Origin: Chitinophagia bacterium | GTDB taxonomy: Bacteria > Bacteroidota > Bacteroidia > Chitinophagales > Chitinophagaceae | Assembly: GCA_009924165.1 (NCBI GenBank) | Contig: RFSD01000001.1 | Coordinates: forward strand, 1 to 50,770 | DNA length: 50,770 nucleotides | Direction: 5' to 3' | The notes under the pieces: model-generated | The model's input: only the letters and a program-made list of their open reading frames with translations | Databases searched by the model: none | Told to the model about the DNA's origin: nothing | In this document: positions 1 to 11,017 of the stretch, piece by piece | How positions within the stretch are numbered: the first letter of the stretch is position 1 | Layout of the letters: each line of letters opens with the position of its first letter | Made by a program: the position numbers and the translations under genes

Positions 1-645
1 AATCATATCACCAGGACCAGAAGTGTCATTGGTAAATAAAATTTGATTCCAAGTATCTCCACCATCTGTTGTTTTGTATACACCTCTGTTTTTACTTTGA
101 CCATAAGGATTACCAATCGCACCAGCATACACTGTATTTGGATTAGTTGGGTCAATAATGACTCTATGGATATTTCTAGTTAGCTCTAAACCCATGCGCT
201 TCCAAGTTCTACCTGCATCCATTGTTTTGTAGATACCTTCTCCTATGCTGATTGAGTTTCTTGGATTACCTTCTCCAGTACCAACCCAAACAACGCTTGG
301 ATTAGATTGTTGAATTGCTAAAGCACCAATATTTAAAATAGGTTGTTCGTCAAAAACTGGTGTCCAACTTACACCGGCATTGTATGTTTTCCAAACACCA
401 CCTGATGCTGCGCCAATCCAGATATGATTTGGATTCGCAACTTCTGCATCAATGGTCGTTACACGTCCACTCATACTTGCTGGTCCAATATTTCTTGGCT
501 TCCAATCTTTAAATACTTTGTTGATGTCTACTTTTTCGGTAGTAGCTACTGGTGCAACAGCTGCTTTCTTTAGTTTTTGAGCACTCGCTTGACTGATTGT
601 CAAGACAGTTGCCAATAGCATAGAACCAAGGGTAATAATACGCAT
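1..645 (-). CDS. Secreted BNR/Asp-box (VPS10-like) beta-propeller glycosyl-hydrolase-like protein, 5' part; runs off the window start
   Basis: Not in the ORF track. Manual translation from ATG 645: MRIITLGSMLLATVLTISQASAQ (signal peptide)...RNIGPASMSGRVT...GGVWKTYNAGVSW...GTGEGNPRNS...GIYKTMDAGRTW...GVYKTTDGGDTW, with repeated Asp-box motifs. Confidence 0.85.
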   Translation of the reverse strand, partial: MRIITLGSMLLATVLTISQASAQKLKKAAVAPVATTEKVDINKVFKDWKPRNIGPASMSGRVTTIDAEVANPNHIWIGAASGGVWKTYNAGVSWTPVFDEQPILNIGALAIQQSNPSVVWVGTGEGNPRNSISIGEGIYKTMDAGRTWKRMGLELTRNIHRVIIDPTNPNTVYAGAIGNPYGQSKNRGVYKTTDGGDTWNQILFTNDTSGPGDMI

Positions 646-731
646 ATGAACTTTATTTTCTTTTTAAAATAATGAAGTTCTAAGCTATTGCATTTTACCC
701 AAAAATCAATAAAAAATGGATGAACGTTATT

Positions 732-1907
732 TTAGAGTTTTTCGATGATACCAGCCACACCCTGACCCCCTCCCACACAGGCGGTAACGATACCATAACG
801 CTTATTTAAGCGCTCTAAGTCATTGATTATCTGTACAGTTAACTTGGACCCAGTGCAACCCAAAGGATGACCTAAGGCAATTGCACCACCATTGATATTG
901 ACTTTATTTTGATCTAAACCAAGCGTTCTAATCACTGCTAAAGCCTGTGAAGCAAAGGCTTCATTGAGTTCAAATAGGTCTATTTGGTCTAGGTTCATGC
1001 CTGCTTGCTTCAATACTTTTGGAACTGCTTCAATTGGTCCAATCCCCATAATTCTTGGATGCACACCAGCTACTGCGCAGTTTACCAATCTTCCAATTGG
1101 CTTGAGCCCTAAGGACTGCATTAAACGATCACTCATAACGACCACGAAGCTTGCACCATCACTTGTTTGTGAGGAGTTGCCAGCAGTTACAGTTCCTTTT
1201 AATGCAAAAGCTGGTTTTAATTTAGCTAAAGCTTCTAAAGTCGTGTCTGCACGAACACCTTCATCTGTATCTACTGTGAAGTTACGTGTCGCTTTCTTAT
1301 TGTTTTCGTTGAGATAAGTTTCAGTGATTTCAATTGGCAGGATACCTTTTTTGAAATGACCATTGTCAATGGCTTGTTTCGCTTTTTGATGAGAAGCCAA
1401 TGCAAACGCATCTTGATCTTCTCTGGTAACACTGTATTTCTTGGCCACTGCTTCTGCAGTTAAACCCATAGATAAATAAAAATCTGGTTCGTCTTTTGCA
1501 ATCGAATACGCTGGAACTGTTTTCCAACCTGCAGTAGGCACCATGGACATGGATTCTGTACCACCTGCAATAATACAATCTGCCATACCTGTTCTGATTT
1601 TTGCAGTCGCCATGGCAATACTTTCTAAACCACTTGCACAATAACGATTGATGGTGATGCCTGGCACTTCTATTCCCAAAGCTTTTGCAGCAATGATTCT
1701 GCCAAATTGTAAACCTTGTTCTGCTTCAGGCACTGCATTCCCAACAATCACATCATCTATTAATTTGTGTTCCAATGTAGGTAGGGATTTCATTAAACCC
1801 TGAATAAGTTCAATCGCTAATTCGTCTGAACGCATAAATCGGAACCCCCCTTTTTTACTTTTGGTCACTGCTGTTCTAAATCCCGCTACGATGTAAGCTT
1901 CTTGCAT
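732..1907 (-). CDS. fadA: Acetyl-CoA C-acyltransferase (thiolase)
   Basis: NRYCASG catalytic Cys, NEAF, GHPLGCTG and CVGGGQG motifs; start moved to MQEAYIVAG (ATG 1907). Confidence 0.92.
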   Translation of the reverse strand: MQEAYIVAGFRTAVTKSKKGGFRFMRSDELAIELIQGLMKSLPTLEHKLIDDVIVGNAVPEAEQGLQFGRIIAAKALGIEVPGITINRYCASGLESIAMATAKIRTGMADCIIAGGTESMSMVPTAGWKTVPAYSIAKDEPDFYLSMGLTAEAVAKKYSVTREDQDAFALASHQKAKQAIDNGHFKKGILPIEITETYLNENNKKATRNFTVDTDEGVRADTTLEALAKLKPAFALKGTVTAGNSSQTSDGASFVVVMSDRLMQSLGLKPIGRLVNCAVAGVHPRIMGIGPIEAVPKVLKQAGMNLDQIDLFELNEAFASQALAVIRTLGLDQNKVNINGGAIALGHPLGCTGSKLTVQIINDLERLNKRYGIVTACVGGGQGVAGIIEKL

Positions 1908-1982
1908 AAAAAAGTCTTTAATTGACGCCATAAATGTAAGCTTTTTTACAAACAGTTGTTTATGCAACTAAATATTTCATTG

Positions 1983-1990
1983 TAAATTTG
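1983..1990 (+). promoter_or_regulatory. Bacteroidota -7 promoter element (TAAATTTG) 4 nt before the pyrD ATG
   Basis: Matches the TAnnTTTG consensus; followed by AGCC-ATG. Confidence 0.65.
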
Positions 1991-1994
1991 AGCC

Positions 1995-3029
1995 ATGATC
2001 TATCCATTCATCAGAAACAGCCTGTTTTTATTACCTCCTGAAACTGCACACCAGGTTTCTATGAAAGGCTTAGATATGGCTGCAGCAATGCCCCTATTGA
2101 ATTCCTGGTTAAGCAACCATTTTCAAGTGCAGGATCCAAGTTTATCCAAGACCGTTTTTGGCTTACATTTTCCCAATCCAGTGGGCCTTGGTGCAGGATT
2201 TGATAAAAACGCAGCCCATTTAGATGGTTTAGAAATGTTAGGTTTTGGATTTGTTGAAATTGGCACAGTCACCCCTAAACCACAAGCAGGTAATCCACAA
2301 CCAAGACTGTTTAGAATCCCAGATCAAAAAGCATTGATCAATCGAATGGGATTTAACAATGACGGCGTAGAAGCGATTGCAAAAAGATTAAAAGAAAGAA
2401 AATTAAACAGCCATTCCAAATTAATTATTGGTGGCAATATTGGAAAAAATAAAGTCACTGAAAACCAGGATGCCTGGAAAGATTATTGCACCAACTTTAT
2501 TGGACTAGAGGAAGTAGTAGATTATTTTGTTGTGAATGTAAGTTCTCCTAATACACCAGGTTTACGTGAACTGCAAGAAAAAGAAGCTTTGAGAAAAATA
2601 TTTTCAGAACTACAATTGATCAATCAAAATAACAAACCTATCCTTTTAAAAATTGCACCCGATTTAGAAATAAGTGCCTTAGATGATATTATTGCATTGA
2701 CTTCGGAAGTAAAAATTGATGGACTCGTATCAAGCAATACCACACTGGATCGTAGCCTTTTAAATGAATCGAATGCGATACGTGCAAAATCCATTGGCGC
2801 AGGTGGATTAAGTGGACAACCACTCCTTACAAAATCAAACTATGTTTTAGATTATTTATACAAAGGCATTGGTAACAGGCTACCCATCATTGCAAGTGGT
2901 GGTATTTTTAAACCAGAAGATGCAAAAGCAAAATTGGATGCAGGTGCAAGTTTAGTGCAAGTATGGACTGGATTCATATATGAAGGTCCTGGCATTGTAA
3001 AAAATATCTTACAAGCAATCAAGCATTAA
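1995..3029 (+). CDS. pyrD: Quinone-dependent dihydroorotate dehydrogenase (class 2)
   Basis: GLGAGFDKN, NRMGFNN, NVSSPNTPGLR, KIAPDL, GGLSG motifs. Confidence 0.96.
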   Translation: MIYPFIRNSLFLLPPETAHQVSMKGLDMAAAMPLLNSWLSNHFQVQDPSLSKTVFGLHFPNPVGLGAGFDKNAAHLDGLEMLGFGFVEIGTVTPKPQAGNPQPRLFRIPDQKALINRMGFNNDGVEAIAKRLKERKLNSHSKLIIGGNIGKNKVTENQDAWKDYCTNFIGLEEVVDYFVVNVSSPNTPGLRELQEKEALRKIFSELQLINQNNKPILLKIAPDLEISALDDIIALTSEVKIDGLVSSNTTLDRSLLNESNAIRAKSIGAGGLSGQPLLTKSNYVLDYLYKGIGNRLPIIASGGIFKPEDAKAKLDAGASLVQVWTGFIYEGPGIVKNILQAIKH

Positions 3030-3039
3030 ATTTTAAATC

Positions 3040-3693
3040 ATGTTGACCATTCAAAGTTTTTGTTTCAATGCATTTCAGGAAAATACTTTTGTTCTTTTTA
3101 ATAGTGAAAAGGAAGCAATCATTGTTGACCCAGGTTGCTATTTAAAACATGAGCAAGCACAACTGGCTAACTTCATTAGTGTAAATAATTTGACGCCCAA
3201 GCTTTTACTTAATACTCATTGTCATTTAGACCATGTGTTTGGTAATAATTTTGTGAGTGAAACTTATGGATTAACTGCTTTATTTCATCAGAAAGAACAA
3301 GCAGTGATTGATCGTTTACCCGAAGGAGGCTCAAGATGGGGTGTGCCGACAGATGCATACAAAGGAAAAGTCCAATATATTCAACAGGATGAATTGATTC
3401 AATTTGGGAAAGATGTTTTTAAGGTACTTGAGACGCCAGGTCATTCTCCTGGCAGTGTTTGTTTTTACCATGAAGCACAAGATTTTTTAATTGGTGGAGA
3501 TTTGATTTTTAAAGATGGCGTTGGAAGAACCGATCTACCAGGCAGCAATCCATTAGATTTAATCAAAAGTATCCAAACACAGCTCTTTCCATTACCAGAT
3601 ACAATGACCATCTACTCAGGTCATGGGCCTGTAACCACTTGGGGTAGAGAGAAAAAAGCAAATCCCTATATTTTACATTTATTAAAGCACTAA
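3040..3693 (+). CDS. MBL-fold metallo-hydrolase (glyoxalase II/YcbL-like)
   Basis: THCHLDH, TPGHSPG, GRTDLPG, GHG motifs. Confidence 0.9.
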   Translation: MLTIQSFCFNAFQENTFVLFNSEKEAIIVDPGCYLKHEQAQLANFISVNNLTPKLLLNTHCHLDHVFGNNFVSETYGLTALFHQKEQAVIDRLPEGGSRWGVPTDAYKGKVQYIQQDELIQFGKDVFKVLETPGHSPGSVCFYHEAQDFLIGGDLIFKDGVGRTDLPGSNPLDLIKSIQTQLFPLPDTMTIYSGHGPVTTWGREKKANPYILHLLKH

Positions 3694-3728
3694 CCTACTT
3701 ACAAAAAGTGTATTATAAAACAGGGTAG

Positions 3729-3745
3729 TTAACAATTAATTAATA
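3729..3745 (+). promoter_or_regulatory. Candidate OmpR/PhoB-family direct-repeat operator TTAACA-N5-TTAATA
   Basis: Two hexamers at 11-bp period about 55-70 bp upstream of the response regulator gene; AT-rich, so chance is possible. Confidence 0.45.
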
Positions 3746-3797
3746 CAGCACTATATTAATCATTTGCTGATTTAAGGGTATTTTTACCCTATCAATT

Positions 3798-4481
3798 ATG
3801 GAAAATAGTCCAATCAAAATACTCATTGCAGATGATGAGCCAGATATCATCGAAATAATAAGCTTCCACTTAAATAAAGCAGGTTATGAAGTTGAATCTG
3901 CTAAAGACGGAAGCGAAGCCATTGAGAAAGCAAGACAATTTAATCCAGACTGTATCATTTTAGATGTGATGATGCCTAAACGCAATGGATTTGAAGTTTG
4001 TGAATATTTAAGAAACAACAAACAGTTTGATAAAACTTTAATTGTATTGTTAACCGCATTGAATGATGAAGCTTCTCATATTAAAGGTTTAGAATTAGGA
4101 GGAGATGACTTTATCAATAAACCGATTAGTCCAAAAGTACTTGTGAGCAGAATTAGTGCCTTGTTCAGAAGAATACAACCTGCTACAACAGAAACCAAGA
4201 CCATACAAATTAAGGACCTTGTCATTGATTCAGAACAATATAAAACTGTTTTAAACGGCGTAATGCATGTATTGGCAAAAAAAGAATTTGAATTACTTTA
4301 TTTGTTAGCAGCCCAGCCTGGTCGTGTATTTTTAAGAAACGAGATCTTATCTCAGGTGTGGGGCAATGATGTGATTGTTGGGGATAGAACCATTGACGTG
4401 CATATCAGAAAGATAAGGGTAAAGTTAGGTATCGAATGTATCACAACTGTCAAGGGTGTTGGATATAAATTTGACTATTAG
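3798..4481 (+). CDS. OmpR/PhoB-family response regulator
   Basis: Receiver domain (ADDE, LDVMMP, KP) plus winged helix (RTIDVHIRKIR, TVKGVGYKF). Confidence 0.95.
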   Translation: MENSPIKILIADDEPDIIEIISFHLNKAGYEVESAKDGSEAIEKARQFNPDCIILDVMMPKRNGFEVCEYLRNNKQFDKTLIVLLTALNDEASHIKGLELGGDDFINKPISPKVLVSRISALFRRIQPATTETKTIQIKDLVIDSEQYKTVLNGVMHVLAKKEFELLYLLAAQPGRVFLRNEILSQVWGNDVIVGDRTIDVHIRKIRVKLGIECITTVKGVGYKFDY

Positions 4482-4528
4482 TCAAAACTAAATACCTTTG
4501 TTCCAGGCTCTGATAACTCCATCACAAC

Positions 4529-5569
4529 ATGTTTAAAGAAAGAAACCTTTCGCCAAAACAATTGGCATTACTCACGGCATTATTGATGTCAAGCTTGATT
4601 GCATTGAGTGTATTTGTATTAATTGCAAATTGGAAATTGCTTTTAGCCTATTTCATTGCTTGTTTTATTGTCATTTACTTATTGGTAAATCAAATACTTG
4701 AGTTTTTCATTTACAGAAAAATAAAACTTATTTACAAGTTGATTTCTCACACCAAAGCCAGTAAAAGAGAAGAAGCATATCAAAAATATTTATTGCCCCG
4801 TAAAGGCATTGATGAGGTAAGAGAAGATGTAGAAAATTGGGCCGCACAAAAAGCAGATGAAATTCAACAACTGCAATCCAATGAACAATTTCGAAAAGAA
4901 TTTCTACAAAATTTGTCTCATGAAATCAAAACACCCATTTTCGCAATTCAAGGATATTTAGAATTATTATCTGATGGCGCAGCAGAAGATCCAATACTTA
5001 GTAAAAAATTTATTGGGCAAGCGGAATCAAATGTTCAACGTCTAGTTAGCCTTTTGAACGATGTGGATCTGATCACCAATTTAGAAATCAACAAAGATTC
5101 TATTTTGAAGCAGCATTTTATCATACAAGATTTGATAACAGAAGTGGTTCAAAACTTAAATGTAAAATTGCTGAAAAAAAATATACAATTTCAATTCAAA
5201 AAAGGGAGTGAACTACCTATCGAAGTTTTTGCTGATAAAAATAAAATTTATCAGGTATTAGTCAATATCTTTTCAAATGCCGTTAAATATGGTAAAATAG
5301 ATGGAGCAATTTTTGCAAGCGTATACCATTTAGAAGATAAAAAAATCTTGATTGAAATTAGTGACAATGGTATTGGTATAGAGGAAGCCCATATACCAAG
5401 ATTGTTTGAGCGCTTTTATAGAACAGACGATGCAAGAAGCAGGGAAATTGGAGGCTCAGGACTAGGCTTGGCCATTTGCAAGCATATTATAGAAGCACAT
5501 GGTGAAAATATCCATGTTAGAAGCCAATTGAATGTGGGTACGACCATTGGATTTACTTTGCCTCAATAG
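4529..5569 (+). CDS. PhoR-like sensor histidine kinase (two TM helices, no periplasmic domain)
   Basis: H-box SHEIKTP, N-box NAVKY, DNGIGI, FYR, GSGLGLAI. Confidence 0.93.
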   Translation: MFKERNLSPKQLALLTALLMSSLIALSVFVLIANWKLLLAYFIACFIVIYLLVNQILEFFIYRKIKLIYKLISHTKASKREEAYQKYLLPRKGIDEVREDVENWAAQKADEIQQLQSNEQFRKEFLQNLSHEIKTPIFAIQGYLELLSDGAAEDPILSKKFIGQAESNVQRLVSLLNDVDLITNLEINKDSILKQHFIIQDLITEVVQNLNVKLLKKNIQFQFKKGSELPIEVFADKNKIYQVLVNIFSNAVKYGKIDGAIFASVYHLEDKKILIEISDNGIGIEEAHIPRLFERFYRTDDARSREIGGSGLGLAICKHIIEAHGENIHVRSQLNVGTTIGFTLPQ

Positions 5570-5623
5570 CAGCTGTTACTTTTTCCCTAATAATTTCGTT
5601 TCTTTGTATTCTAAAAATTTTTA

Positions 5624-6640
5624 ATGCAAACTATACTCGTTACCGGTGGTTGTGGATTTATTGGCGCGCATACCATTGTAGATTTGGTTGAAAACGGATT
5701 CAATGTGCTCTCTATTGATAATTTATCTAGGGCATCAGATGATTCCTTATCAGGTATCGAAAAAATTACAGGTAAAAAAATTAAAAATTATAGAATCGAT
5801 TTAACCAATAAAACAGACACAGAAGCTGTATTTATTGCGAACCCAGATATTGTTGGTATCATTCATTTTGCTGCTTATAAAGCAGTTGGAGAATCTGTTG
5901 AAAAACCTTTAGATTATTATGAGAACAATATCAGCTCCCTTGTAAATTTATTACAGATGGCAGTAAAATACAATGCACCGCATTTTATTTTCTCTTCTTC
6001 TTGTACTGTTTATGGCAATCCAGAAATGATTCCTGTAACTGAACATACACCATTGCAAACAGCTGCTTCTCCTTACGGTGCCACTAAGCAGATGGGAGAA
6101 ACCATTGTGAAAGATGCCGCATTGGCACATCCTTTATCGACCATCCTATTGAGGTACTTTAATCCAGTAGGCGCACATCCTTCAATAGCTATTGGAGAAC
6201 TACCTATTGGCCGACCACAAAACTTAGTACCTGCCATTACACAAACTGCTATTGGTAAATTACCTAAGATGCAAGTACATGGCAATGATTATGATACACG
6301 AGACGGGTCTTGTATTAGAGACTATATTCATGTTTGTGATATTGCCCATGCACACACACTTGCTATTCAATATTCAATCAAAAACAATCAACCAAATAGT
6401 TGTGAAGTATTTAATCTTGGAACAGGCAATGGTATTACTGTGTTAGAGGCAATCCAAGCTTTTGAAAAAGTATCTGGTGTTCAATTAAATTATGAGATTG
6501 GACCACGCAGAGCAGGTGATATCGTTTCTATTTATGCCAACAACGACCATGCAGTTAAACAATTAGGATGGCATTGCAAATATGATTTAGAAGCGATGAT
6601 GCGCACTGCCTGGGAGTGGGAACAAAGTTTAGCGCATTAA
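5624..6640 (+). CDS. galE: UDP-glucose 4-epimerase
   Basis: [44 protein letters not shown]. Confidence 0.95.
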   Translation: MQTILVTGGCGFIGAHTIVDLVENGFNVLSIDNLSRASDDSLSGIEKITGKKIKNYRIDLTNKTDTEAVFIANPDIVGIIHFAAYKAVGESVEKPLDYYENNISSLVNLLQMAVKYNAPHFIFSSSCTVYGNPEMIPVTEHTPLQTAASPYGATKQMGETIVKDAALAHPLSTILLRYFNPVGAHPSIAIGELPIGRPQNLVPAITQTAIGKLPKMQVHGNDYDTRDGSCIRDYIHVCDIAHAHTLAIQYSIKNNQPNSCEVFNLGTGNGITVLEAIQAFEKVSGVQLNYEIGPRRAGDIVSIYANNDHAVKQLGWHCKYDLEAMMRTAWEWEQSLAH

Positions 6641-7701
6641 TGTTGCACTAACATTTTTTCTGCGTTCTCTGCCATTTGTAAAGCCTCAATAAATTCTTCG
6701 ATTTCTCCATTGATTACCGCATCCAAATTATAAGATGTCACATTCACGCGATGATCTGTAACTCTACCCTGTGGCCAGTTATAGGTTCTAATTTTAGCAC
6801 TTCTATCACCGGTGCTTACCAATGTTTTACGGTGTCTTGAAATTTCGTCTTCTTGTTTACGCACTTGTTCCTCGAATAATTTTGTACGTAACATACCCAT
6901 TGCTTTTTCACGGTTGCCTAACTGTGAACGCTCTGTTTGACAAATGATCACTGTTCCGGTTGGAATATGCGTCAACATAACCTTGGTCTCTACCTTGTTT
7001 ACATTCTGTCCACCTGCACCACCACTTCGCGCAGTTTCCATTTTCACATCGGCAGGATTCAATACAAAATCTACTTCCTCTGCTTCTGGCATCACAGCAA
7101 CCGTTGCTGCTGAGGTATGCACACGACCCTGTGTTTCGGTACTTGGAACTCTTTGCACACGGTGTACACCACTTTCAAATTTCATGGTACCATATACATC
7201 TTCACCTGTCACTTCTAATATCACTTCCTTATAACCACCCACGGACCCTTCACTCTCACTTGCAACAGCCACTTTCCATCCTTTTTTCTGACAATACCTC
7301 GTGTACATAGTCAATAAATCTCCTACAAATAAACTTGCTTCATCTCCACCAGTTCCTGCTCTCAATTCAATGATCGCATTCTTGTCGTCCTGTGGATCTT
7401 TTGGAATTAATAATTTAGTCAACTCTTTTTCTAAAGCTTCTTTCTCTTCGTCTAGTGCAGGCAATTCCATTTTCGCTAATTCACGCATGTCTGCGTCATC
7501 TCCATTTAAAGATTCTTTTGCAAATTTATGTTCTGCCAAGACCTTCACATAACGCTCATAAGGAATAACGATCTTTTCTAAAGAACGATATTCCTTACTG
7601 TATTTGCCAAATTCGGATTGGTTATTAATAATTTCTGGATTGGTCAAAGCCACCCCTACTTGGTCAAATCTTGCTTTTATGGCTTCTAATTTATCTAACA
7701 T
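6637..7701 (-). CDS. prfA: Peptide chain release factor 1
   Basis: GAGGQNVNK, the RF1-type PxT motif (VPSTE), IRTYN; start at MLDKLEAIK (ATG 7701). Confidence 0.96.
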   Translation of the reverse strand: MLDKLEAIKARFDQVGVALTNPEIINNQSEFGKYSKEYRSLEKIVIPYERYVKVLAEHKFAKESLNGDDADMRELAKMELPALDEEKEALEKELTKLLIPKDPQDDKNAIIELRAGTGGDEASLFVGDLLTMYTRYCQKKGWKVAVASESEGSVGGYKEVILEVTGEDVYGTMKFESGVHRVQRVPSTETQGRVHTSAATVAVMPEAEEVDFVLNPADVKMETARSGGAGGQNVNKVETKVMLTHIPTGTVIICQTERSQLGNREKAMGMLRTKLFEEQVRKQEDEISRHRKTLVSTGDRSAKIRTYNWPQGRVTDHRVNVTSYNLDAVINGEIEEFIEALQMAENAEKMLVQH

Positions 7702-7718
7702 AGTTATTTTGCTATGCG

Positions 7719-7736
7719 CAAAAATAGCTATTTTAG
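7719..7736. promoter_or_regulatory. Back-to-back divergent -7 elements for prfA and the dipeptidase
   Basis: Minus strand TATTTTTG (7719-7726) and plus strand TATTTTAG (7729-7736) form the palindrome AAAATAGCTATTTT. Confidence 0.5.
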
Positions 7737-7760
7737 TTGTCAATAAAAAGGATACCACCA

Positions 7761-8918
7761 ATGAAATACTTAACCCTTGTTTTTTGCGCTATCAGCTTGT
7801 CTGGATTTACACAAAAAATACACTTTAAGTCCATCCTAATAGATACCCACAATGACGCACCTACGGCATGTATCGAAAAGAAAGTAAGTTTTGACCAAGA
7901 CTTAACTGGGATCAATCATTCAGACTTAAAAAGATTCAAGGAAGGTGGATTGGATTATCAATTGTTTTCCATTTGGTGCGATGGCGAAAAAGTAAATCCA
8001 TATGCATGGGCCATGCGCGAAATGGATACGATAGATGCTGTAGCAGCAAGAAATCCAGATAAAATAGTGGTGGCAAAAGATTGGAAAACCATTCAAACTG
8101 CTTTAAAAACTGGTAAGATAGTTGCACAGTATGGCGTAGAAGGTGGACATATGATCGAAGATGATATTAATAGATTAGATACATTTTATAATCGTGGTGT
8201 ACGTTACATGACATTGACTTGGAACAATTCACCATCATGGGCAAGTTCACATGCTGACGAAAAAAATTCAAAATATACAGGACAAAAAGGACTGAATGAT
8301 TTTGGAAAACAAATCATTCAAAGAATGAATCAATTAGGCATCATCGTAGATGTATCTCATGTTGGAGAAAAAACATTTTGGGATGCCATCAATACTACAA
8401 CAAAACCTGTGATTGCATCGCATAGTAACGCCTATAGTATTTGTCCAGTAACTAGAAATTTAAAAGACGATCAAATTAAAGCTGTCGGAAAAAATGGTGG
8501 TGTGATTTGTTTGAACTTTTTTTCTGGATTTGTAGACAGTAACTTTAGTAAAAAAGATATGGCATTTAGAAAAACACATAGTGCAGAAATTGATTCCTTA
8601 TTGGCTACAGGTATACAAAGAGAATACGCATTCACAATGATTTCGGATAAATATAAAACAGAAAGTGAAGCCATCAAGCCAACGATTGAACAATTGATGC
8701 AACACTTTGATCATATTGTTAAATTGATTGGGATAAATCATGTGGGCATTGGCTCTGACTTTGATGGGATTAATTCAGCACCACAAGGATTGAGTACTGT
8801 ATTGGATTATCCTAATTTCACCAAAGCATTGATTGCTCGAGGATATTCCAATCAGGACATCAAAAAAGTATTAGGCGGAAATTTCTTACGGGTTTACAGA
8901 ATGAATAACCCTGATTAA
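7761..8918 (+). CDS. Membrane dipeptidase (peptidase M19), exported
   Basis: Signal peptide from MKYLTLVF; [28 protein letters not shown]. Confidence 0.92.
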   Translation: MKYLTLVFCAISLSGFTQKIHFKSILIDTHNDAPTACIEKKVSFDQDLTGINHSDLKRFKEGGLDYQLFSIWCDGEKVNPYAWAMREMDTIDAVAARNPDKIVVAKDWKTIQTALKTGKIVAQYGVEGGHMIEDDINRLDTFYNRGVRYMTLTWNNSPSWASSHADEKNSKYTGQKGLNDFGKQIIQRMNQLGIIVDVSHVGEKTFWDAINTTTKPVIASHSNAYSICPVTRNLKDDQIKAVGKNGGVICLNFFSGFVDSNFSKKDMAFRKTHSAEIDSLLATGIQREYAFTMISDKYKTESEAIKPTIEQLMQHFDHIVKLIGINHVGIGSDFDGINSAPQGLSTVLDYPNFTKALIARGYSNQDIKKVLGGNFLRVYRMNNPD

Positions 8919-8919
8919 T

Positions 8920-8953
8920 AAAAAGCCCCTTAAGAAAATTTAAGGGGCTTTTT
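8920..8953. terminator. Bidirectional intrinsic terminator
   Basis: AAAAAGCCCCTTAA-N6-TTAAGGGGCTTTTT between convergent genes. Confidence 0.88.
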
Positions 8954-8974
8954 ATTTTTAATCTAATGATTTTT

Positions 8975-9003
8975 TCAAGGCCCCCCATAAACGAGGGCCT
9001 TGA
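8975..9003. terminator. Second hairpin (terminator-like)
   Basis: TCAAGGCCC-N11-GGGCCTTGA. Confidence 0.55.
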
Positions 9004-9025
9004 TTTATATCTTATGAAAATTTAA

Positions 9026-11017
9026 TTAATAGTTTAATAAACGCTCCATCAATTCTTCTAAGCGATCATTGGCCATGTATTGCTTCTCCAATGTTTTATT
9101 GAATGGGATGGGTGTATCTAAAGATGCGCAACGCATAATTGGCGCATCTAAATGTTCAAAGCAATGCTCGGCTACCCATGCACTAATCTCACCACCAATA
9201 CCGCCCGTTAAATTGTCTTCGTGCAAGAGCATCAATTTGCCTGTTGCTTTTACCGCCAACTCAATCGCTGTATAATCCAATGGTGACAAGGTTCTTAGAT
9301 CTAATATATAAATGGACTGATCCGAATGTGCTTGTTGATATGCTTTTGCCCAAAGCACGCCCATACCATAAGTAATGATGGTCGCATCTGTGCCTTCTTT
9401 CACAATATGTGCTTTTCCAATTTCAATTTGATACATGGTATCAGGAATTGCCTCTTCGACACTTCTGTACAAAGCTTTGTGTTCGAAATATAAAATAGGA
9501 TTTGAATCTGCCAATGCAGCAATCAATAATCCTTTTGCATCTGTTGGATTAGATGGGTACACCACTTTCAATCCTGGTACATGCGTGAACCATGCTTCAT
9601 TGGATTGAGAATGAAAAGGACCCGCGCCCACACCGCCGCCTGTTGGCATACGTACCACTACATCTGCATTTTGCCCCCAACGGTAATGCATCTTCGCTAA
9701 ATTATTGACAATTTGATTGAATGCAACGGTCACGAAATCTGCAAACTGCATTTCCACCACCGACTTCATGCCTTCCATACTTAAACCCAAAGCAGCGCCT
9801 ACAATGGCACTTTCGCAAATAGGTGTATTTCTAATTCTTTGTTTTCCAAATTGATCTACAAATCCTTCTGTTATTTTAAATGCGCCTCCATATTCAGCAA
9901 TATCTTGACCCATGATGATCATCTCTGAATATTTTTCCATCGATTGTCTCAACGCATCACTGATGGCTTCGATAAATCTTTTATTCGTTTTTTTTGTCGT
10001 CTCTACCAAACTAAAATCTGGAATGGTACTTTCTGGCACTGGCGCAAACACATCCACTAATTCATCAGCGATTGAAGGCTCAAATGTTTCAGGCTCCATT
10101 GCTTTTCTGAGGTCCGCTTCCATTTGATCTTTGAATCGGTTACGAATAGCTGCCACTTGCATTTCTGTAAGTACATTTTCCTGCACTAAGAATTGCTCAT
10201 AATTTTTAATCGGATCTTTCAATGACCAAGTTTCCATCAAATGCTTTGGTACATATTTTACACCACTTGCTTCCTCGTGTCCACGCATTCTAAATGTATC
10301 ACATTCAATCAAATAAGGTTTCTGTTGATTGATACAATAGTCACGAACTCCTTTCACAGTTTGATACACTTCCAAAATATTATTACCATCAATACGAATG
10401 CCTTCCATCCCGTAACCCTTAGCGCGGTCTACTAAATGATCACATTTATATTGTTCATTGGTTGGTGTACTTAAACCATAGCCATTGTTTTCGATTATAA
10501 AAATAACCGGCAAATTCCATACAGCAGCTACGTTCAAGGCTTCGTGAAAATCACCTTCGCTTGTTCCGCCATCTCCAGTGAATGCCATGCTTGCTTTTAA
10601 TTGACCTCTTTGTTGATAGGCTAATGCGACACCATCCGCAATGGCTAATTGAGGCCCTAAATGTGATATCATACCACATACATGATGCGCTTTACTTCCA
10701 AAATGAAAACTTCTTTCTCTTGCTTTGCTATAACTACTTCTGTCGCCTTGCCATTGCTTGAATAAATCTGTCAAAGGCATTTTGCGTGAAGTGAACACAC
10801 CTAAATTTCGGTGCAAAGGCATAATCCATTCGGTTGGATCCATCGCTAATGTAGCGCCTACTGCAATAGCCTCTTGGCCAATACCACTAAACCATTTGCT
10901 GATTTTTCCTTGCCTAAGTAAGACCAACATTTTCTCTTCAATCATTCTTGGCCATAAAATGGATTCATATAAATGAATCAACTCCTCGTTACTTAGACTA
11001 CCGCGTTTATATTCCAT
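9026..11017 (-). CDS. 2-oxoacid (branched-chain type) dehydrogenase E1, fused alpha/beta subunits
   Basis: TPP motif GDGGTSEGDFHE...ENN, RMRGHEE, then transketolase-like NTPICE, EMQFADF, HSQS. Confidence 0.92.
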   Translation of the reverse strand: MEYKRGSLSNEELIHLYESILWPRMIEEKMLVLLRQGKISKWFSGIGQEAIAVGATLAMDPTEWIMPLHRNLGVFTSRKMPLTDLFKQWQGDRSSYSKARERSFHFGSKAHHVCGMISHLGPQLAIADGVALAYQQRGQLKASMAFTGDGGTSEGDFHEALNVAAVWNLPVIFIIENNGYGLSTPTNEQYKCDHLVDRAKGYGMEGIRIDGNNILEVYQTVKGVRDYCINQQKPYLIECDTFRMRGHEEASGVKYVPKHLMETWSLKDPIKNYEQFLVQENVLTEMQVAAIRNRFKDQMEADLRKAMEPETFEPSIADELVDVFAPVPESTIPDFSLVETTKKTNKRFIEAISDALRQSMEKYSEMIIMGQDIAEYGGAFKITEGFVDQFGKQRIRNTPICESAIVGAALGLSMEGMKSVVEMQFADFVTVAFNQIVNNLAKMHYRWGQNADVVVRMPTGGGVGAGPFHSQSNEAWFTHVPGLKVVYPSNPTDAKGLLIAALADSNPILYFEHKALYRSVEEAIPDTMYQIEIGKAHIVKEGTDATIITYGMGVLWAKAYQQAHSDQSIYILDLRTLSPLDYTAIELAVKATGKLMLLHEDNLTGGIGGEISAWVAEHCFEHLDAPIMRCASLDTPIPFNKTLEKQYMANDRLEELMERLLNY

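Noticed and set aside
5174-5181. A8 run in the histidine kinase and other A7-A8 runs in genes
   Set aside because: Reading frames are intact; such runs are expected in Lys-rich, AT-rich coding DNA.
8975-9003. Second hairpin as a possible REP/MITE element
   Set aside because: I saw no second copy in the window; a terminator is the simpler explanation.
9026-11017. Fused E1 alpha/beta without E2 or E3 nearby
   Set aside because: Common arrangement in Bacteroidota.
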